In this document: positions 38,664 through 47,422 of the stretch, piece after piece
Numbering within the stretch: position 1 is the first letter of the stretch
How the letters are laid out: every line of letters begins with the position of its first letter
From: Candidatus Multivoradales bacterium
GTDB lineage: Bacteria; Acidobacteriota; Thermoanaerobaculia; Multivoradales; J023
DNA: 64,000 nucleotides
Direction of reading: 5' to 3'
Assembly: GCA_965248925.1 (NCBI GenBank)
Contig: CBDFLE010000006.1
Location: 2,976,001 to 3,040,000 of the forward strand
Translations under genes and position numbers: made by a program
The notes under the pieces: generated by a model
What the model was told of the DNA's origin: nothing
The model's input: only the letters and a program-made list of their open reading frames with translations
The model's database searches: none

Positions 38664-41034
38664 CTTGCCCGCCGATGTTGTCCGCAGGGTGCAGATCGAG
38701 CAGGCGTTGGCGAGCATCGCGGGTGCTCAAGGCATGCTCGCCATTGAGATCGAGCAGAGCTTGGTAGGCCGGTGCCAGGCAGCGCTCAGCCTCGGCGAGG
38801 CGCCCCTCGCGGCGATAGAGTTCACCCAACAAGCTGTCGGCATCGGCCCATCGCCAGTCGCTGGTCGGCCGGTTTTGGCGCAGTTTGCGGCGTGCTCGGC
38901 GCAGTAGCAGGCGCGCCGTGTCGAGTTCCCCTTCGGCGAGCAGCAGCTCGCTAAGGTTGCGTTCGCTGTGCGCGACTTGGAAATGCTCGTCACCAAAGCG
39001 GTGGCGGAAAATCTCGAGGGCTTGGCGGTAGTGCTGCTCTGCTGTCCAAACATCGCCGAGCGCTCGCCGCACGCTACCCAGCAAATCGAGCACCGAGGCC
39101 ACCAAGGTGTGGTCCGGCCCGAATTCCGCGCGCCGGATGCGCAGTGCTTCTTCGAGTAAATCGACGGCGTTGGTGGGCTGACCGCGAGCATATAGAGCCG
39201 CCGCCAGGCTGCGTAGGCCGCTGGCGATCCGCGGATCATCGTTGCCATAGAGCTGACGGCGAGTTTCGAGGCTGCTCTGGTAGAGCGCTTCGGCTGCGTC
39301 GTAGGCGCCGCGGTAGAGCAGGGTGGTGGCTAGGTTCGATTGGATTGCCGCCGCTTTCTCCAGGTCACCTAGCTGCTGGTAGATGGCCAGGGCCTCGTCC
39401 ATCAGGCTCTCTGCTTCGGCGTAATCGAGAGCCTCGAGATGGATCGCGCCGAGGTTGTTGAGCCGCGCTGCCAGGCCACTCGAAGCACCCGGATGCAAGC
39501 CGCGCCAAGTGCTGAGGGATTGGCTCAGCAGGCTCAGGGCGGGGTCGATCTGGCCGAGTTGGTAGTAGAGCTTGCCCAGGGTAGCGCCGAGCTCGGCGCG
39601 CAGCTCGGGTTCGGCGTCGAGCTCGGGCTCGTCGAGTTGGCGAGCGGCGCGATCCAGAATCAGGCTCGGGGTCAGTTCGGCGCCGCCGCGGCGGTCGGGG
39701 TCGGCGACGTTGATTAGCTCGCGCATCACCGCCACCACCCGTTCGGCCCGTTGGCGCTGGGCCAGGCGTTGCCGACCGCTGCTCCACAGCCAGAACCCAG
39801 CCACGCCGAGCGCCACCACCAGTACTCCTAGAGTCTTGCGGTGGCGGCGCAAGAACTTAGTGCTGCGATAGATAGTGGTGCCGCGTCGCGCTCGCACCGG
39901 CAGACCGGCGCGGTGGCGGCGCAGGTCGTCGGCCAGCTGGTCCACCGAACTATAGCGCTGCTGCGGCTCCTTGCGCAGAGCTTGCAGCACGATGGCGTCG
40001 AGATCGCCCTTGAGGAGCCGACTCCAGCGATAGGGATCGAAGGCGGTAGCGGTGGTGCTACCGCGGGTGTGGCGGCGGCGCACCAGGGTGCTGGGCCGCA
40101 GCGGCTGGTGCCGCACCACTCGTTCAGCGATCTCCTCGATACCGCAGTCATGCAGCTCGTTGGGCAAGTGGCCGGTGAGCAGCAGGTAGAGCAGCAGGCC
40201 AAGGGCGTAGATGTCGCTAGTGGTGGTTACCGGTTGCTGGCGCACTTGCTCGGGGCTGGCGAAACGCGGGGTCATGGGGGCGCTCGAGGTGCGGGTCAAG
40301 CCGCCGCTTAAGTCGTCGCCGAGCAGTTTGGCGATGCCGAAATCGAGCAGTTTCGGTACCCCGTCGGCGCCGACCAGGACATTCGACGGCTTGAGATCAC
40401 GATGCACCACTAGATTACGGTGGGCCAAGGCGAGGGCCGAGCAAACTTGCGCGAACAGCTCCAGGCGTTGGGCGACGGAGAGCTGGTGATGTTCACAGTA
40501 GGTGTCGATCGGCTCGCCGACGACCAGCTCCATCACCAGGTAGGGTCGGCCGTCCTCAGTGGTGCCACCGTCGAACAGGCGGGCGATGGATGGGTGTTCG
40601 AGTCGGGCGAGAATCTGTCGCTCGTTGTGAAACCGGGCGATGGTGGTGGCACCGAGCAAGTGTCGTTGTACAACTTTGATCGCCACTTGCTTGTCGTAGT
40701 CGTCTTCACGCCGCGCCCGATAGACCGAGCCCATGCCGCCACGGCCTAACAGCTCGTGCAAACGGTAAGGGCCAAGGCGAGTCTCCTCCAGGCTGTTGGC
40801 TCGCGCTGAGGGGCTTGGTAGCAGGTCATGGGCCGGCTGGGCGAGGAAGGCGTCAGCTTGCCCTTCGAGGGTCAGCAACTCGTCAAGTTCGCGGCGTAGG
40901 GCCGAGTCGTTGCCACAGGCTTGGTCGAGTTTTTCAGCGCGTTGAACGGCCGGGGCGTCGAGGGCCAGTTGCAACAACTCCATGACTCGCTGGCGATGCT
41001 TGGCGCTAGCGGCGGAAGCCCCCCGCCGGCTCAT
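38656..41034 (-). CDS. Ser/Thr protein kinase with a TM and TPR_10/12 repeats (PknS-like)
   Basis: LGRGGMGSVY, ERQILARLEHP, HRDLKPSNVL, DFGIAK, LKGDLDAIV, LNNLG repeats. ATGA overlap with the ECF gene. Confidence 0.95.
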   Translation of the reverse strand: MSRRGASAASAKHRQRVMELLQLALDAPAVQRAEKLDQACGNDSALRRELDELLTLEGQADAFLAQPAHDLLPSPSARANSLEETRLGPYRLHELLGRGGMGSVYRARREDDYDKQVAIKVVQRHLLGATTIARFHNERQILARLEHPSIARLFDGGTTEDGRPYLVMELVVGEPIDTYCEHHQLSVAQRLELFAQVCSALALAHRNLVVHRDLKPSNVLVGADGVPKLLDFGIAKLLGDDLSGGLTRTSSAPMTPRFASPEQVRQQPVTTTSDIYALGLLLYLLLTGHLPNELHDCGIEEIAERVVRHQPLRPSTLVRRRHTRGSTTATAFDPYRWSRLLKGDLDAIVLQALRKEPQQRYSSVDQLADDLRRHRAGLPVRARRGTTIYRSTKFLRRHRKTLGVLVVALGVAGFWLWSSGRQRLAQRQRAERVVAVMRELINVADPDRRGGAELTPSLILDRAARQLDEPELDAEPELRAELGATLGKLYYQLGQIDPALSLLSQSLSTWRGLHPGASSGLAARLNNLGAIHLEALDYAEAESLMDEALAIYQQLGDLEKAAAIQSNLATTLLYRGAYDAAEALYQSSLETRRQLYGNDDPRIASGLRSLAAALYARGQPTNAVDLLEEALRIRRAEFGPDHTLVASVLDLLGSVRRALGDVWTAEQHYRQALEIFRHRFGDEHFQVAHSERNLSELLLAEGELDTARLLLRRARRKLRQNRPTSDWRWADADSLLGELYRREGRLAEAERCLAPAYQALLDLNGEHALSTRDARQRLLDLHPADNIGGQDG

Positions 41035-41606
41035 GGATCGCCTTGGCGAAGCTCATGCAGCAGCCAAATCTTGGCTGCCTTGAGGTCTCGTTTGACAGTC
41101 GCCGGTGAGACCTTTGCCAGGTCAGCAATTTCGTCGAAGGTCAGGCCGCCGAAGTAGCTCAGTTGGACGAACTCTGCTTGCCGCGGAGCAAACTTGCCGA
41201 GCGCCACCAAGGCATCGTCGAGCGCCACCAAATCGACGTCGCGATCGACCGCGATGCCGAGCACTTGGTCGAGCGGTAGAGGCGGGGTGCCACCGCCGTG
41301 CCGTACCGCCCGGCGCCGTCGGGCGTGGTCCACCAGGATCCGCCGCATGGTCTGAGCGAGCACGGCGAAGAATTGCACCCGGCTGGCAAAACGCACCTTG
41401 CGGCGACCCGCCAAACGCAGGTATGCCTCGTGTACCAAGGCGGTTGGCTGCAAAGTGTGACCGGGGGCTTCGCGAGCCATGTAGCCCCGCGCCAAGCCCC
41501 GCAAATCGCTCATTACCAGGGGCATCAGCTGTTCTACCGCGTGTGGGTCGCCAGCGCTCCAGGCATCGAGCAACTCCGTCACATCGGGACGCTCGGACGT
41601 GTTCAT
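41031..41606 (-). CDS. ECF sigma factor, TIGR02999/ECF43-like
   Basis: DVTELL..W..GD, HTLQPTALVHEAYLRL, MRRILVDHARRR.A..HGGG, SPATVKRD. Confidence 0.93.
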   Translation of the reverse strand: MNTSERPDVTELLDAWSAGDPHAVEQLMPLVMSDLRGLARGYMAREAPGHTLQPTALVHEAYLRLAGRRKVRFASRVQFFAVLAQTMRRILVDHARRRRAVRHGGGTPPLPLDQVLGIAVDRDVDLVALDDALVALGKFAPRQAEFVQLSYFGGLTFDEIADLAKVSPATVKRDLKAAKIWLLHELRQGDP

Positions 41607-41665
41607 GGAGTTTTCATGGTATCAGCCGGATTGCGTCCAGCGCCGCTGCCTGCGATCATTATTGC

Positions 41666-42241
41666 GTGGAAAGACGAGCCTCTCCCGCAGACCTCACCCG
41701 CCTGTTGCATGAGTGGCGGACTGGCAGCTCGGCGGCCCAGGAAGAACTCTGGCCGGTGATCTATCACCAGCTCAAGAGCCTCGCTCGCGGTGTGCTGCGG
41801 CGTGGCGGCGGTAGGGGAAGGCTGGGCACCACCGCCTTGCTGCACGAGGCTTATTTGCGGTTGGTGGGCTCGGAGTCGCAAGTGCCGTGGAATGATCGTC
41901 AGCATTTCTATGCGGTCGCCGCACGGGCGATGCGCTACGTGCTGGTGGATCATGCCCGCCAACGACTGTCAAAGAAGCGCGGCCAAGGCGAAGTGTCGGC
42001 CGAGCTGCCAGCCGACCCTGCCGATCCCTCTTCGCATCGGCCGGAAGACCTGCTCGCCGTGCATCAGGCGCTCGGCAAGCTGGCCCAGATCCATCCCCGT
42101 TACGAGAAGTTGGTCGAGATGCGCTACTTCGCCGGCTTTTCAGTCGACGAGGCCGCCGACTTGTTGCAAGTGTCGCGTCCTACCGCGGTACGCGATTGGC
42201 GGGCGGCTCGCACCTGGCTCTACAGTGAGCTCCGGAGGTGA
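41666..42241 (+). CDS. ECF sigma factor, TIGR02999/ECF43-like (divergent paralog)
   Basis: DLTRLLHEW, LGTTALLHEAYLRL, MRYVLVDHARQR, RYFAG, RDWRAARTWL. The start is placed at GTG 41666 by similarity to the paralog. Confidence 0.9.
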   Translation: MERRASPADLTRLLHEWRTGSSAAQEELWPVIYHQLKSLARGVLRRGGGRGRLGTTALLHEAYLRLVGSESQVPWNDRQHFYAVAARAMRYVLVDHARQRLSKKRGQGEVSAELPADPADPSSHRPEDLLAVHQALGKLAQIHPRYEKLVEMRYFAGFSVDEAADLLQVSRPTAVRDWRAARTWLYSELRR

Positions 42242-43219
42242 ACTCCAGAAGTCAACTCCAGAGTGAACTCCGAGCGGAGAATCGTGCCGCAACTCTGCGA
42301 CGCTCAAGGTGAAAGCGCCGGCATCGCTGCCGGAGTGGTCGTCGACGGTCAGGTAGTAGGTGCCGGCTTGTAGGGTCTTGATCCACTCGGCAGCCCCGCT
42401 CGCCAGGGTCCGCGGCTGGGTGAGCAGTCGCTGACCCTCAAAATCGAGCAGGTTGGGAGCTTGGCTGGCCGCTGAGTCGAGGGCGATTCGGACCGTGGTG
42501 GCCCGTGGCAACACCAGGGAGAAGATATCTCGGTCGTCGCCCCAGCCGTTGCCGAATTCACCGCCGACCCTGGCACCAAGGGCGATTGGCGTAGCGCAGA
42601 GCAGCAGGTCGGCATGGTCGTCGTGGGTGGCGGCGCGGCACAGCTGAGTCAGGCGCTTGGGATTGGGTTCGATCTCGATCAACTCCGGGTCTTTGGGATT
42701 GGGTTCGATCTCGATCAACTCCGGGTCTCGCGGTGGCGGGACAAATGCCACAAAAGTCGAGCGCAGACGCAACTCGCCCAACCGCCGGAGCGGGTCTTGG
42801 CTGCCGGCGCAAGTCAGCAGCCGGGTAGCGGTAGCTGCCCGGGCCAGGATGTAGGTGGCGCTTTGGTCGAGCACCTGCAACTCCGGACTCGCGGTGGAGA
42901 TCGACAACTGGGCCTCGTCGGCAGCTTCTCGGCTCCGCAGAGCGAGGGTCAGCAGGCCGGCACCAGGTATCTCGAGGTGGAAACAGCGCCGCACGCCGGC
43001 GGTGTAGAGCGCCTCGCGATGCTCGCTGCCGAGCTGGTGGTGGGTGGTGGTGGTGCTCAGTCCGATGGCGATCGCGGGGGTCGCCGCCGCGGCACTGGAG
43101 GCTAACGCGGTAGCCAGCAACAAGGTCAATAACCCGGCGGTCGAGCGCGGGCCACAGTGGCTGGCGAGCTGGCTGGCGAGCTGGCTGGCAGAAGTCTGGA
43201 AGGTGCTGGTCATAGACAT
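42140..43219 (-). CDS. Secreted protein with PPC-like domain(s) and a DPELIEIEPNPK duplication
   Basis: Signal peptide, DDHAD...CATP, GWGDDRDIF and LQAGTYYLTV. The 3' end overlaps the convergent ECF gene by about 100 nt. Confidence 0.7.
   Translation of the reverse strand: MSMTSTFQTSASQLASQLASHCGPRSTAGLLTLLLATALASSAAAATPAIAIGLSTTTTHHQLGSEHREALYTAGVRRCFHLEIPGAGLLTLALRSREAADEAQLSISTASPELQVLDQSATYILARAATATRLLTCAGSQDPLRRLGELRLRSTFVAFVPPPRDPELIEIEPNPKDPELIEIEPNPKRLTQLCRAATHDDHADLLLCATPIALGARVGGEFGNGWGDDRDIFSLVLPRATTVRIALDSAASQAPNLLDFEGQRLLTQPRTLASGAAEWIKTLQAGTYYLTVDDHSGSDAGAFTLSVAELRHDSPLGVHSGVDFWSSPPELTVEPGASRPPIAYRGRTRHLQQVGGLVD
42657..42728 (-). repeat. 36-bp tandem duplication encoding DPELIEIEPNPK x2
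   Basis: ttgggattgggttcgatctcgatcaactccgggtct repeated exactly. Confidence 0.9.
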
Positions 43220-43514
43220 AGTTTCCCCTTGACGGGCTGCTGCTGTACCTTTGAAAAGGTTTTGCAGCGGTGATCGAAGACGTCGTCGGAACGCTCTGTC
43301 CCGGCTTCATGGCGGTCCTCGAAAACGGGGAAAAAAAGGATCAAGAAGACTCAGGTTTCTTTTTCTTGACCGTAGCCAGCCTTCAAAGTCTTGTAAAAAG
43401 GTCGCCCGAGGGCCTGGTAGGCCGAGTTGAGCGAGTGGAATTGGAGGAGGAGAGCGTTAGAATGCCAAGTGGCACGCTGGCTCAGGTGTCCTGGTCTCAG
43501 CAGTAGAACTCACC

Positions 43515-44966
43515 ATGACGCACCATCCTCACCCTCCCTTTAGCAGCGGTCCCTGGACCGTACACCCAGCTTCAAGGACGCTCTCGAGCGACGGCCTGGA
43601 GACCCGGGTCGGGCATAAAGTGATGGCGGTGCAGGTCTGTCTGGTGGCGGCGGACGGTGAGTTGGTGACCAAAGATCAGCTAGTCGAGCGAGTCTGGCAG
43701 GGTGCCTTCACCACTGACGAAGCGGTGGCCACTGTGGTCTATGAGTTGCGCAAGGCACTCGGCGACGATGCTCGCCGGCCGAGCTTTGTCGAGACCATTC
43801 GCAAAGGAGGCTACCGCTGGCTGGCTGAGGTAACTCCCCTGCGACCGCCCATCTGGCGCTCGCCGCCGCCGCGCCACGCCGTGGTGTGGGCACTAGGTTT
43901 GGCGGCCGCGCTGGCATTGGTATTTGGGGTGGCGAGTCTGCTGCCCACAGGAGCAGGCGGGGCTCTCACTTCACCGCGCTGGTCCCGCCCGGTGGTGAAG
44001 AAGGTCGATCCGCGGGCCGCGGAAGCCTACGATCTAGGCAGCTATTTTCTCCGCCAGGGTACGCCGGTGGGCAACCGCAAGGCGCAGGATTATTTTCTCC
44101 AGGCGATCGAGCGTCAGCCGGCCTTCGCCGCCGCCTATGCCGGTTTGGCCAGCAGCTTCGTCGCCAGCACCGAGGGTCTAACCGGCACGGCGCGCAGCGA
44201 AGCCTTCCGCCAGGCCCGCGAGTCGGCCCAGGCCGCGCTGGCGATAGACGATGAACTCGCCGCCGCCCATGCCTCCCTGGCCAACGTCTCCTTCCGTCAT
44301 TCCTGGGATTGGCGCGCTGCCGAAGATCACTTCCGCCGTGGTTTGGCGGCGGCCGATCAGGCATTGGACCAGACCTGGGACTATGCCTTCTACCTGGCGG
44401 CGATGGGGCGCCATGCCGAGTCCATATCGGTGATGCGGCGGGTAGTTGCCGCCGAGCCGACCTCCAAACATGCCCGCTGGGCCTTGGGCCGGGTTTACTA
44501 TTTGGCTCGTCGGTTTGACGAAGCTTTGGTAGAGCTGGCCTGGGCGGGAGAACTCGATCCGGCCTATCTCCAGGCGGCCTTGCTTGAGACCGAGGTGTTT
44601 TTGGCCAGTGGTCACGCTGAAGCGGCGATCCAAGCTTGCCAGGACAGCTTGCGTCTGGCCGGTGACAGTGCCGAGCAAATAGCGGCTCTAGCCGTCGCCT
44701 TCCAGCACGGCGGACTCGACGGAGTTCTGCGCTGCTTGATCGAGCGCGAAGTAGAACGCGGCGCGAAAGGTTTTGCGGATCCGGTCCTCTTGGCCAGTCT
44801 GGAAGCTCGCCGTGGCGCCACCGAGCCTGCTTTGGCCTGGCTGTCACAAGCCTACGCCAGTCACCATCAGGATTTAGTCTGGCTGCAAGTCGATCCGGCG
44901 TTCGACAGCTTGCGTAACTCGGCCGAGTATAGGGCTCTGCTCAGCCAGCTCGGGCTAGGCGCCTGA
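43515..44966 (+). CDS. CadC/ToxR-like winged-helix regulator with a TM and TPR domain
   Basis: GELVTKDQLVERVW, ELRKALGDDARRPSFVETIRKGGYR, TM, TPRs and a C-terminal WLQVDPAFDSLR. Confidence 0.9.
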   Translation: MTHHPHPPFSSGPWTVHPASRTLSSDGLETRVGHKVMAVQVCLVAADGELVTKDQLVERVWQGAFTTDEAVATVVYELRKALGDDARRPSFVETIRKGGYRWLAEVTPLRPPIWRSPPPRHAVVWALGLAAALALVFGVASLLPTGAGGALTSPRWSRPVVKKVDPRAAEAYDLGSYFLRQGTPVGNRKAQDYFLQAIERQPAFAAAYAGLASSFVASTEGLTGTARSEAFRQARESAQAALAIDDELAAAHASLANVSFRHSWDWRAAEDHFRRGLAAADQALDQTWDYAFYLAAMGRHAESISVMRRVVAAEPTSKHARWALGRVYYLARRFDEALVELAWAGELDPAYLQAALLETEVFLASGHAEAAIQACQDSLRLAGDSAEQIAALAVAFQHGGLDGVLRCLIEREVERGAKGFADPVLLASLEARRGATEPALAWLSQAYASHHQDLVWLQVDPAFDSLRNSAEYRALLSQLGLGA

Positions 44967-44984
44967 GACCGCAAGAATGGGCTT

Positions 44985-45028
44985 CCTCAAGTTCTCCTGA
45001 TCGAGATCTGAGGCCGATCTCAAGCTTT
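44985..45028 (+). promoter_or_regulatory. Four degenerate 11-bp-period direct repeats, candidate winged-helix binding sites
   Basis: cctcaagttct|cctgatcgaga|tctgaggccga|tctcaagcttt upstream of the 45119 start. Confidence 0.4.
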
Positions 45029-45118
45029 CTAGCAGCGATCGAGCTAGCTTGCAGTCGGTCTTGGAGCCGGCTGCTCCAGAGCCCTACATCCAAGAACCGC
45101 AACCCAGGAGAACAGCTT

Positions 45119-45214
45119 ATGAGAGCCTTCTACCGTTGGTCCTTTGCCGCCATTAGTGTCCTGACAGTGCTGGCCGCGGTGGCGAGTGCTCTGCCCTGGC
45201 CAACTCGTGAGTGA
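45119..45214 (+). pseudogene. Truncated secreted-protein gene (signal peptide only)
   Basis: AGGAG RBS, then MRAFYRWSFAAISVLTVLAAVASALP, which runs into the antisense radC fragment and stops after WPTRE. Confidence 0.55.
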
Positions 45215-45827
45215 ACAGCAGATCGTGATCGCTGGGCGCGGGCGCGCCGCTGGGGTGGGTGTGATACGCGATCAAGGAGGCGGCATTGTGCTGTATCGCG
45301 GCACGCAGGATCGGCCCCGGCGCGGCGGCTGTTTGGCGCGCTGTGCCGCGAAAGATCTCGCACTTGGCGATCAGTCTGTGTCTCATATCGAGCAGTAGCA
45401 CACCAAGAACCTCTTGCTCGTAGTTGCCATCCAGGGCCAGGAACTCAGCAACCACCGCGGGCTGGTCGAGCAGGCGACGACGGCTGATCTTGGCTGCCGC
45501 CAGCCGCCGCATTAGCTCTCTCGCCGCCATCAAGACAGCCGCTCGCCCCGCGCTGGCACCGCTGCGCACCAATGCCACTCGCTCGGCGCAGAACAGCTCC
45601 CAGAGCCCGCCAATGGTTGGCAGCAGGCCCTGTGCCACATCCTCTACCGAGGGGTAACGCAGCAGCACCGCTATTAGCTCAGTATCCGTCAACCCAGCCG
45701 CCCCGTGGCGCAGCAGCCGATCCTTGGGCTTCAATCCGCTCGTCGACCGCTGAGCGGACTGGTCAGCTGCGGAGACCGCCATCCCGCCCGTGCTCAGCTC
45801 ACAAGGAAAGATTGCCAAGCCGTTCAA
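45153..45827 (-). pseudogene. radC: RadC/JAB domain gene lacking its C-terminal strand
   Basis: PKDRLLRHGAAGLTDTELIAVLL, EQEV, IFRGT and HTHPSG.P.PSDHD. The usual 'GI.LLDH.I' tail is replaced by unrelated sequence. Confidence 0.8.
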
Positions 45828-46135
45828 GGCGTCTCCTCAGACCGCGTGCCCTGGTCGGACAAGGCGGCCAGGCTTTCGACCCCTCGGGCCAGTAACAGAT
45901 GGCCTTCCCTGAGCTTCTCGCGGGTTGCCGGCAGAATCAGGGTGAGACTAAGACCGCGCAGGTTGACATCGAGTTCGACGCTCAAGTTCCGCGCCATCTT
46001 CAGCATTGTCTTCAAGAAATTCTGCGCCGCCTGCTGATCGTCGAATTGCAGCGAGCAAACAAACGTTGCTGAGTCGCCCTCCTGCCGCCAATGAGAAAGG
46101 TCTTTCATGCCGAGTTGGATGCGTTCTGGTTTCAC
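45824..46135 (-). CDS. Pterin-4-alpha-carbinolamine dehydratase-like protein lacking the catalytic HH motif
   Basis: KPERIQ...L.HW......F...LQF.D..AA.NF... LTL.....L...HLLLA..VE follows the PCD pattern. AGGA precedes GTG 46135. It may instead be fused to the upstream frame. Confidence 0.45.
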   Translation of the reverse strand: MKPERIQLGMKDLSHWRQEGDSATFVCSLQFDDQQAAQNFLKTMLKMARNLSVELDVNLRGLSLTLILPATREKLREGHLLLARGVESLAALSDQGTRSEETP

Positions 46136-46464
46136 GTTGGAGTCCTGTCGAGAAGCTATTGAAAAAAGACCCGGTTCGGGGACGAGGGATGTAGCCCCCG
46201 AACCGGGGATGGAGGACGAAGTGCCGCGGGGTACGGCATTATCGCCAAGGCTCTCAACCCCTCGGCTACTGTCCGGGGCGTACGCTGAGTTTGAATAAAC
46301 TGGCGCTCGGGCAAAGAGCAGCAGCTCTTGAATCAAGTTCTGCACGCTGGCCAGCAGTTCGGCTGGCGCTGAGCCATCGCGGGAATTCAGCATCAGCCGC
46401 CAGGTTTTGATCATCTGGGCGGCGGCGCCGAGGGAGGTTTGCCGCCGCATATCTTGCTCACGGG

Positions 46465-46815
46465 TCACCAGCCACACCTCGGCTCCGGTCTTGCTGCTCC
46501 AATTCGGCAAACATTGGCTGTCGGCGGCCTGGGCATCCCACTGTTGCCACAGTTCCGCGTCCGCGCGGCCATCTCGGTCAGCAAGAAATCGCTGTCCTGA
46601 CGCAAGTCGGCAACCCGGTTGCCCCACCTGCCCAGCGGGTAGAGCTGCGGCGCGGGGTCTTCGTCGCCTTGCCAGCGGGCACCGGGTGGGATCGGCGCCA
46701 GCAGGGCGCTGGGCCAGGGTTCCATCAATGCCCGTTCGGCGAGGATCTGGTGCTCGGCGGCCAGCAGGCCGGCACGGCGCAGATCCGCCAGTTGAATGGG
46801 GGATTGGTGGATCAC
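46465..46815 (-). CDS. Hypothetical protein, possibly frameshifted into the 45824 frame
   Basis: GTGA-coupled to the upstream gene. Protein-like sequence appears to switch frame near 46590. Confidence 0.4.
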   Translation of the reverse strand: MIHQSPIQLADLRRAGLLAAEHQILAERALMEPWPSALLAPIPPGARWQGDEDPAPQLYPLGRWGNRVADLRQDSDFLLTEMAARTRNCGNSGMPRPPTANVCRIGAARPEPRCGW

Positions 46816-47171
46816 GACGATTCTCCATCGCCGCCCTGCGGAACGGCTGCTGCCGCCTGGCTGGCCGGTCCCCGGCCATGGATGGTATTCGCCCCGGTCT
46901 CCCGCGCCGAGTCGCGCAGTAGCTCGGCCACAGCTTCGAGCACGGCCATGGAATACCCCAGAACCTGGAACTGAGCAGCGACTCTGGGAGTGCCGTCGGG
47001 GTTGGTGGCTTCGCCATCTAGTAGTTGGCGGTTGTTCTTCACAGCGGAGCCGAGCAATTTGCCGAGTCGCTGGTGTTCTTTTTTGACCCTGAAACTAGCT
47101 TCTAGCAGGTCGCGCCAGAAGGTGTCTTCGAAGGATGGGGCATCGCGCTCGGGTTTTGTTTCGTCGGACAT
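46812..47171 (-). CDS. Hypothetical helical protein, first gene of the island's leftward operon
   Basis: GAGGAGG RBS before MSDETKPERD. Divergent from the XRE-TPR gene. Confidence 0.65.
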   Translation of the reverse strand: MSDETKPERDAPSFEDTFWRDLLEASFRVKKEHQRLGKLLGSAVKNNRQLLDGEATNPDGTPRVAAQFQVLGYSMAVLEAVAELLRDSARETGANTIHGRGPASQAAAAVPQGGDGESS

Positions 47172-47422
47172 GGTGGCCTCCTCTTGACCTGTGTTGTGGT
47201 CGGGAGCTTCGGCGTACTGGCGGTGGGCACGCAAGACATCGGCGCAAATAGGTGGTCAGACCGCCGGCAGGGCAAGCAGTAGAGTCGAGTGCTTGCAAGT
47301 GAGCAGGTCAATTACCGCCTCTCAGGTGGTGAAACTCATAAGAAATGCCCAAGACTTGAGAGAGAAAGCTCATCGACCTATACTTCTCCTGCTCCAGGAA
47401 ATGTCTAGAGGAGGGCCGAATC

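Noticed and set aside
41105-41665. N-terminal extension making a 378-aa sigma factor
   Set aside because: It is antisense to the other ECF gene, and sigma similarity starts only at about 41666.
45824-47017. Single 397-aa protein
   Set aside because: The first ~140 aa are Arg/Pro-rich and overlap two better-supported ORFs. Only the distal part looks coding.
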